Of a DNA stretch of 64,000 nt, positions 58,292-64,000 are shown in pieces. The stretch is from Anaerolineae bacterium (GTDB lineage Bacteria; Chloroflexota; Anaerolineae; JACRMK01). The stretch spans positions 289 through 64,288 of the forward strand of contig JBBPZQ010000021.1 of the NCBI GenBank assembly GCA_038198935.1, written 5' to 3'. Under the pieces are notes generated by a model, which saw nothing but the letters and a program-made list of their open reading frames with translations, searched no databases and had not been told where the DNA came from. The first letter of the stretch is position 1. The number at the start of each line of letters is the position of its first letter. Both the position numbers and the translations under genes were made by a program.

Positions 58292-59872
58292 TCATCCCAT
58301 CAAATTGATGATACTCACCGCAGCGCCGTTGATGATGTCAATAATCGGCTTCGGGTACAAGCCGATCAGAATCATGAACACGGCGAGCGGTACCATCGAG
58401 ACGACTTCCCACGGTGTCATATCTTTCATGCGCCCCGTCGCACGTTCCCAATACTCCGCGACTACTTGCGGTGTCAGGTGATGTTCCATCTCGGAATATT
58501 TTTCTTGATCGAGCGGACCGAGGAACACCATCTGAATAATTTTCCACAGGATGAACGCCGCCGTGATGACGATGCCGAGCACGCCGATGGCAGCCAGGCC
58601 TGGGATGATGGCGAACGCCCCGCGAAAGATCATAAACTCCGAGACGAAGCCGGCCAGCGCAGGCAAACCGAGCGACGCGAACGCAGTCAGCATCATCAAG
58701 CCGTAATAGCGTGGCACGGCCGCTGCCAATCCGCCGAACGCATCCACGCGCCGTGTGTGCGCGCGCTCGTACAACATGCCGACGAGCAGGAACAAGCCGC
58801 CGGTGATGATGCCGTGATTGAACATCTGCAAGACCGCGCCGTTCAGCGCAATCGCGCGCGCGTCGGCGATACCGGGCGCGGTATTGCCGACCGCAATCGC
58901 AGCCGCGCCGATACCGAGCATCGTGTAGCCCATGTGGTTAACCGACGAGTACGCAATCAATCGCTTGAGGTCGGTCTGCGCCATCGAGACGAACGCGCCA
59001 TACACGATGCTGATCACAGCCAGCACCGCAATGATCATGCCTGCATAACTGGCGAGCACGCCGGGAAAGACCGGCATGAGGATGCGAATGAAACCGTATG
59101 CGCCCAACTTCAACAGCACGCCGGCCAGAATAACAGAGCCGGCCGTCGGCGCGGCGGTGTGCGCGTCGGGCAGCCACGTGTGGAAGGGCCACATCGGCAC
59201 TTTGATGGCGAACGCGGCGAAGATGCCCCAGAACGCCAGATTGAGCACGAGCGGATCGGTGACTGCTTTGATTTTCAACGGCAACAGCAAGAGATCGAAT
59301 GTGCCTGTCTGGAAATAGAGTCCGAGAATTGCCAGCAGCATCAGTACCGAGCCGATCAAGGTGTAGATGAAGAACTTCAGCGCGGAATACTGCGGGCGGT
59401 CTTCAGCGTGGCCCCAAATGCCGATCAGGAAGTACATCGGCACGAGTCCGATTTCCCAGAAGATGTAGAACAGGAAGAAGTCGAGCGAGCAGAAGACGCC
59501 CAACATGCCCGTCTCGAGTAAGAGGAAGAGCGCGAAGTATTCCTTCACGCGATTGTTAATCACATACGATGAGTAGAAGAGCGCGATCACGGTGAGCAGC
59601 GTCGTGAGGAAGACCATCGGCACACTCACGCCGTCCACGCCAAGATGGTAGTTGATGTTCAGCGTCGGGATCCACGGTGCTACTTCTTCCTGCTGCATCG
59701 TGCCATTCGGCGTAAAGCCGAACCACAGCAGCACCGACAGCACCAGCGGCACGAGACTGACCAGAATCGCCCAGCGTTTGATGAGCGACTCGCTGCGCAT
59801 GAACAAAATCGGCAGCGTGCCGAGGATGGTCGGGATGAAGATGATGTACGTGAGCAGGTATGGAATATACAT
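58292..59872 (-). CDS. nuoM: NADH-quinone oxidoreductase subunit M
   Basis: 526-aa antiporter-like subunit. FYIFWEIGLVPMYFLIGIWG, WLPDAHTAAPTAGSVILAG. Confidence 0.92.
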   Translation of the reverse strand: MYIPYLLTYIIFIPTILGTLPILFMRSESLIKRWAILVSLVPLVLSVLLWFGFTPNGTMQQEEVAPWIPTLNINYHLGVDGVSVPMVFLTTLLTVIALFYSSYVINNRVKEYFALFLLLETGMLGVFCSLDFFLFYIFWEIGLVPMYFLIGIWGHAEDRPQYSALKFFIYTLIGSVLMLLAILGLYFQTGTFDLLLLPLKIKAVTDPLVLNLAFWGIFAAFAIKVPMWPFHTWLPDAHTAAPTAGSVILAGVLLKLGAYGFIRILMPVFPGVLASYAGMIIAVLAVISIVYGAFVSMAQTDLKRLIAYSSVNHMGYTMLGIGAAAIAVGNTAPGIADARAIALNGAVLQMFNHGIITGGLFLLVGMLYERAHTRRVDAFGGLAAAVPRYYGLMMLTAFASLGLPALAGFVSEFMIFRGAFAIIPGLAAIGVLGIVITAAFILWKIIQMVFLGPLDQEKYSEMEHHLTPQVVAEYWERATGRMKDMTPWEVVSMVPLAVFMILIGLYPKPIIDIINGAAVSIINLMG

Positions 59873-59957
59873 TACGACTCCAGCACGGTACTCAGCCGTT
59901 CACCCTGCGCTACAGCCATTCGGCTGTCCGCACGCGATTGCGTGCAGCGCAGAGCAT

Positions 59958-60013
59958 GTCGCCGGTAGCCAGATCGTTCACATGCTGGCGACTGACGACT
60001 GACGACTGGCTAC
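59958..60013. repeat. heptamer array CTGNCGA x4 with a partial upstream inverted partner
   Basis: gtcgccggtagccag ... ctggcga ctgacga ctgacga ctggcta. It overlaps the nuoL stop codon. Confidence 0.65.
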
Positions 60014-62349
60014 TTCTCTATTGGCCTCGGTGGTTCCTCTTTGGTCGCGCGCGAGAACACGTACGCACCCACGCCGAACAGTCCAAGGATCACAAGGGCA
60101 AACAGCATCAATTCAATATTGCCGCTCATGATACGATAGCCCGCGAGCGCGATGACGGCGAGCACGACGACGAGCATATAGTTCTGCGTGTGGCCCGTCT
60201 GGATGCCGCGCAGCAGTTGTCCGCCGCGCACCGACAGTTTGCCCGCGCCGTTGACCAGACCTTCGATCACGAGCGTATCGAAGTAGTCGCGCAGATCGAG
60301 CGCAATCGCGCGCCCCGCTTCGCCGACGGTATTCACGCTGCCATCAATGATGTCGTGGTCGAAGCGCGACGACACATTTGCAATCGCATAGGTCAGCGCG
60401 ACGAACGTGCGCTGATACAATTCGTCAATGTACCATTTGTTCTTCAGGAAGTGATAGCCCGGCATCCGCGCCAGCGGGTCGGGTGCGCCCACGCGCAAGC
60501 CGCGATAGATCACGAAGCCCAATCCGAGTCCAAGCACCGCAGCCGCCGTCGAGATGCCCGCGACGACGAGGTTGAACGGCGTCGCCTCAAAGTCTGCCAC
60601 GCCCTTGATTTCACTCGACTCGAACACCGTCGCAATCATGCGATGCAGGAAGCCGCCGAGCGGAGCGGGTACGACGTTCTCAGGCAAGTTCATCGCGCCG
60701 AGCACCAGCGTAAACAGCGCGAGCACGATGAGCGGCAACGTCATCGTGAGCGGCGATTCTTTGGCGGCTGCTGATGCTTCGTGGCGCGCCCTGCCGAAGA
60801 ACGTCAGCGCAATCTGTCGTCCCGTGTAGAACGCCGTCAGGAACGCGGCGATGGTGCCGAGCAGCCACACGAAGAACGGCAGACTGAGCGCGCCCTGCGT
60901 CGTGAATTGCTCGAAAGCGTGCGCGAGAATTTCGTCTTTGCTCCAGAAGCCCGCCAGCGGGAAGATGCCGGCCAGCGCGAGCGCGCCGATAATAAACGTC
61001 CAGCCCGTCTGCGGCATGCGGCTCAGCAGCCCGCCCATATTCAGCATATCGTTCGGGTCGAACGGCGCGGGATGCGGCTGCGGCGGATTCGGCTCGTGGC
61101 CTGCGGGCAGAATCTCTGCCTTGTGCTGGTCCGCTTCGTGACCCAATGCGGGATGCGCGGTGTGCTTGCGCTGCGCTTCGCTCTGGCGCTCGGCCGTGTG
61201 GCTGGTGTGTCCCGCTTCGGCGAGGTGATGCCCGCGCTCCATGCCGATGATGACCGAGCCTGAGCCCATGAACAAGAGCGCCTTGAAGAACGCGTGCGTC
61301 AGCAGGTGGAAGATCGCCGCTATGAATCCACCCACGCCCAGCGCCATCACCATATAGCCGAGTTGCGAGATCGTCGAGTACGCCAGCACGCGCTTGATGT
61401 CGTTTTGCGCAACGGCGATGGTGGACGCGAACAACGCCGTGAACGCGCCAAGCGCGCCGACGACCAGCAGCGGTGTCGAGCCTTCCAGTCCGCTCGCAGC
61501 GAAGATGGGCATCATGCGCGCGATCAGATAAACACCCGCCGCCACCATTGTCGCCGCGTGAATGAGCGCGGAGACAGGTGTTGGACCTTCCATCGCGTCG
61601 GGCAGCCAGACGTGCAGCGGGAACTGCGCGCTCTTGCCGACCGCGCCGCCGAAGATGAGCAGCGCAATCAGTGTGGCGGCGCTCATGCCAAAGATGGTCG
61701 CCGTCGTCAGTTTGCTCAATACGTCGGGTTTGAAGATTTCAGGAAACGTGAGTGTACTCGTCTGACTGTAGAGGAAGAGCATGCCCATGAACAGCAGCAC
61801 GTCGCCGATGCGCGTCGTCAGGAACGCTTTCTTGGCCGCGTTCATCGCGCTGGGTTTCTCGAACCAGAAGCCGATCAGCAGGTATGAGCATAAGCCCATG
61901 ATTTCCCACGCGACGAACAGCACGAACAAATTATTCGCCACCACCAGCGTCAACATGCCTGCGGCGAACAGCGAGATGTAGGCAAAGAAGCGTGAGTAGC
62001 GCGGGTCGGTGTGCAGGTCGGGCGGGTTCATGTAGCCGCGCGCGTAGATGAAAATCAGCAAGCACACGAACGGCACCATGAACAGCATCGCCGCCGTGAA
62101 GCCATCCACCATGAAGCCAATGTCAAACCTGCTCCTGCCCATCGGAATCCATTCAAAGGGAACGTTGCGAAACTTGTCGCCGCCTAGCACCTGCGCGACG
62201 ATGAGCCACGACAGAATCCACGACAGCCCGATAGCGAGGATAGCAATGGATGAACTCAGTTGTTTATTCGGATTGGTGAAAAAAACGATCAGCGCAAACG
62301 CGAGGAGCGGGAATAGAGGAACGAGATACGCCAGACTCATGAAGTCCAT
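60010..62349 (-). CDS. nuoL: NADH-quinone oxidoreductase subunit L (with a His-rich insertion)
   Basis: Start at ATG 62349 with a GGAGGAG RBS. WEIMGLCSYLLIGFW, WLPDAMEGPTPVSALIHAATMV. C-terminal lateral helix region. Confidence 0.92.
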   Translation of the reverse strand: MDFMSLAYLVPLFPLLAFALIVFFTNPNKQLSSSIAILAIGLSWILSWLIVAQVLGGDKFRNVPFEWIPMGRSRFDIGFMVDGFTAAMLFMVPFVCLLIFIYARGYMNPPDLHTDPRYSRFFAYISLFAAGMLTLVVANNLFVLFVAWEIMGLCSYLLIGFWFEKPSAMNAAKKAFLTTRIGDVLLFMGMLFLYSQTSTLTFPEIFKPDVLSKLTTATIFGMSAATLIALLIFGGAVGKSAQFPLHVWLPDAMEGPTPVSALIHAATMVAAGVYLIARMMPIFAASGLEGSTPLLVVGALGAFTALFASTIAVAQNDIKRVLAYSTISQLGYMVMALGVGGFIAAIFHLLTHAFFKALLFMGSGSVIIGMERGHHLAEAGHTSHTAERQSEAQRKHTAHPALGHEADQHKAEILPAGHEPNPPQPHPAPFDPNDMLNMGGLLSRMPQTGWTFIIGALALAGIFPLAGFWSKDEILAHAFEQFTTQGALSLPFFVWLLGTIAAFLTAFYTGRQIALTFFGRARHEASAAAKESPLTMTLPLIVLALFTLVLGAMNLPENVVPAPLGGFLHRMIATVFESSEIKGVADFEATPFNLVVAGISTAAAVLGLGLGFVIYRGLRVGAPDPLARMPGYHFLKNKWYIDELYQRTFVALTYAIANVSSRFDHDIIDGSVNTVGEAGRAIALDLRDYFDTLVIEGLVNGAGKLSVRGGQLLRGIQTGHTQNYMLVVVLAVIALAGYRIMSGNIELMLFALVILGLFGVGAYVFSRATKEEPPRPIEK

Positions 62350-62429
62350 TACGGTGACTCCTCCGACACCACACTGACGAGTGGAACAAAGCGCGACATG
62401 AGTAGAGACAATATGACCGCAAGGCAAGC

Positions 62430-62530
62430 GAAAGCCGCGCCCTCAATTAGTCGTTCGTTATTCGTTGTTAGTCGCTAGTCACTTACGGCCCATCGCTAAT
62501 GACGAATGACTAATTGAGGGCGCGGCTTTC
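62430..62530. repeat. GC-clamped long hairpin with heptamer-built arms
   Basis: Clamp gaaagccgcgccctca / tgagggcgcggctttc encloses attagtc gttcgtt attcgtt gttagtc gctagtc ... gctaatg acgaatg actaatt. Confidence 0.85.
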
Positions 62531-62730
62531 ACGTCCGCCCAAATTATAACATAGGGCTATGCGGCTTGCCAAGCAAGAAATTTCACAAACTCTGGATTTT
62601 AAGGTTGACGGTGCACGCATGCTTTGCCGGTGGGCGGCAGACGCTGCACTGCGGTTCGTACCAACACATCGGAAACAGATGAGCGCGAAGCCGCTGTAAG
62701 GTAAAATATAAATGTATTACTTTTTTATCT

Positions 62731-62759
62731 TTGACTTACAAATCTATCTGTGGTATATT
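62731..62759 (+). promoter_or_regulatory. sigma70-type promoter of the vapBC pair
   Basis: TTGACT (62731-62736), a 17-nt spacer, then TATATT (62754-62759). Confidence 0.6.
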
Positions 62760-62779
62760 TCAGTTCTTCAGGAGGAGTT

Positions 62780-63004
62780 ATGGAAACCACTTCAACTACC
62801 AAGGGGCAAATCGTGATTCCATCACGTCTGCGCAAGAAGTATGGCATCAAGGAAGGCACGCGCATTCGGATCGTGGACGATGGCGAACGCATCATCCTGC
62901 AACCCATCACACGCGAATACATTCACAGGTTGCGCGGTTCGTTGCGCGGCAACGGAGGCATGAAAGCGTTGATTGAAGATAGGCGCAGGGAAAGAGAGGT
63001 TTAA
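62780..63004 (+). CDS. vapB: AbrB/SpoVT-type antitoxin
   Basis: TKGQIVIPSRLRKKYGIKEGTRIRIVDDGERIILQP swapped-hairpin domain. AGGAGG RBS before ATG 62780. Confidence 0.8.
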   Translation: METTSTTKGQIVIPSRLRKKYGIKEGTRIRIVDDGERIILQPITREYIHRLRGSLRGNGGMKALIEDRRREREV

Positions 63005-63409
63005 GTGGCAAAGCGACCGCGAGTGCTTGACAGTTGGGCTGTGATTGAATTCTTTGAAGATCACCCAGCCGCCGAGAAAGTGGAAGACCTGATCGCAGAG
63101 GCACACGAATCTGATATACCCCTACTGATGACCGTCGTGAATCTGGGTGAGGTTTGGTACAACATCACACGCGGCCACTCCGCCGCGCAAGCCGATAGAG
63201 TAATTCAAGAAATTGAGCACTTGAGAGTTGAGGTCATTAGCGCGGATTGGGAGTTGACAAAGCAGGCGGCGATGTTTAAAGCCAAAGGCAATATTGCGTA
63301 TGCGGATTGCTTCGCCGCCGCTCTTGCAAAATTGCGCCGCGCGGAGTTGGTGACCGGCGACAAGGAATTCAAACAACTTGAGGGAGAGGTGAGGATACTA
63401 TGGCTATAG
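63005..63409 (+). CDS. vapC: PIN-domain toxin
   Basis: GTG start directly after the antitoxin stop. VLDSWAVIEFF, LMTVVNLGEVWY and ADCFAAALA...LVTGDKEF carry the PIN acidic residues. Confidence 0.8.
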   Translation: MAKRPRVLDSWAVIEFFEDHPAAEKVEDLIAEAHESDIPLLMTVVNLGEVWYNITRGHSAAQADRVIQEIEHLRVEVISADWELTKQAAMFKAKGNIAYADCFAAALAKLRRAELVTGDKEFKQLEGEVRILWL

Positions 63410-63446
63410 CTCCAACGGGTGTAAAGAGCACAGACACAACGAATAT

Positions 63447-63956
63447 ATGCCCCATTGTCAATTCGGCAACGCGGCTGGCGTCTCAGTTTGCGCGAACTGT
63501 GGGAAGAAAATGTACACTGAGCCGCGAACAGTATGGCGTGCCAGAATTGACGAGGTAGCTAAGGGGTATCGCCAACCACCAGCCAAAGGCATTCCACACG
63601 GCGTTCAGAAAGACGCTATCCAAAATGACTGGGGAGCGCGTCAAAAAACCTCGGGCTGGGGCATGTCGTTCGAGCAGCTGACAGGCCGTGATGGCGTAAC
63701 CTACCTTGCTATGTCTGATTGGGGCACGACTGGACTTACGGGGCAAGTATACGACGACCCGGACAGCATCCCTGATGATCTTCCGCCAGAGGAAAAACTC
63801 GCCCGTTTTGAAAACATGAACTTCTCGGGCGGCAATATCGGCGCAGGGTTATATGGGCGCGGCAAGCTCATTTTTCAAGCCGCCTCGAAAACGCGACAAA
63901 TCATCTATGACTCACTGACGACTAAGGGCATTGGTCACAAGTTAGGGGTTGCTTGA
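63447..63956 (+). CDS. hypothetical protein with an N-terminal Cys/His knuckle and GHKL-ATPase-like motifs (tentative)
   Basis: HC..x12..CANC, then DAIQNDWGA (N-box-like), SDWGTTGLTG (G1-like) and GGNIGAGLYGRGKLIF (G2-like) at GHKL-like spacing. Another ATG at 63959 opens an ORF that leaves the window. Confidence 0.3.
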   Translation: MPHCQFGNAAGVSVCANCGKKMYTEPRTVWRARIDEVAKGYRQPPAKGIPHGVQKDAIQNDWGARQKTSGWGMSFEQLTGRDGVTYLAMSDWGTTGLTGQVYDDPDSIPDDLPPEEKLARFENMNFSGGNIGAGLYGRGKLIFQAASKTRQIIYDSLTTKGIGHKLGVA

Positions 63957-64000
63957 ATATGTCAACTCCGGAGCGGCGCGTGTTTTTGGTTTGCGTTTGC

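Overview
High-GC (by eye about 60-65%) bacterial chromosomal segment. It probably comes from a monoderm, filamentous Chloroflexota/Anaerolineae-like organism. That is an inference from gene content and from the many Pro/Thr-rich linkers in exported proteins; no search was run. From left to right the window holds: the 5' part of a 16S rRNA gene with its promoter and leader; galK and housekeeping or secreted-protein genes; two ECF sigma/anti-sigma pairs; rplI; a 1714-aa protein with eight GAF domains and a GGDEF domain; an aapJQMP-type amino-acid ABC operon; and a 1343-aa S8 protease followed by a REC-domain regulator. After tRNA-Leu(CAA) come four tandem paralogous membrane proteins that share an unrecognised C-terminal domain, one of them fused to four cNMP-binding domains. 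The rest is lysA, a MOSC gene, nadD, obg, rex, coaW, mreB, a complete F1Fo ATP synthase operon with two retropepsin-like genes inserted in it, nuoL-M-N directly upstream on the same strand, and a vapBC pair with a possible zinc-ribbon/GHKL-like gene at the right edge. Three things stand out. (1) The four-gene paralog cluster at 34278-40410. (2) About 20 intergenic elements built from tandem heptanucleotide units, mostly arranged as arm-loop-arm hairpins between cistrons. (3) The two aspartic-protease-like genes interrupting the atp operon. No CRISPR array, transposase or prophage gene was seen. Many long ORFs in the supplied track are antisense shadow ORFs typical of GC-rich DNA. Several sense ORFs carry spurious N-terminal extensions that read through the heptamer repeats.
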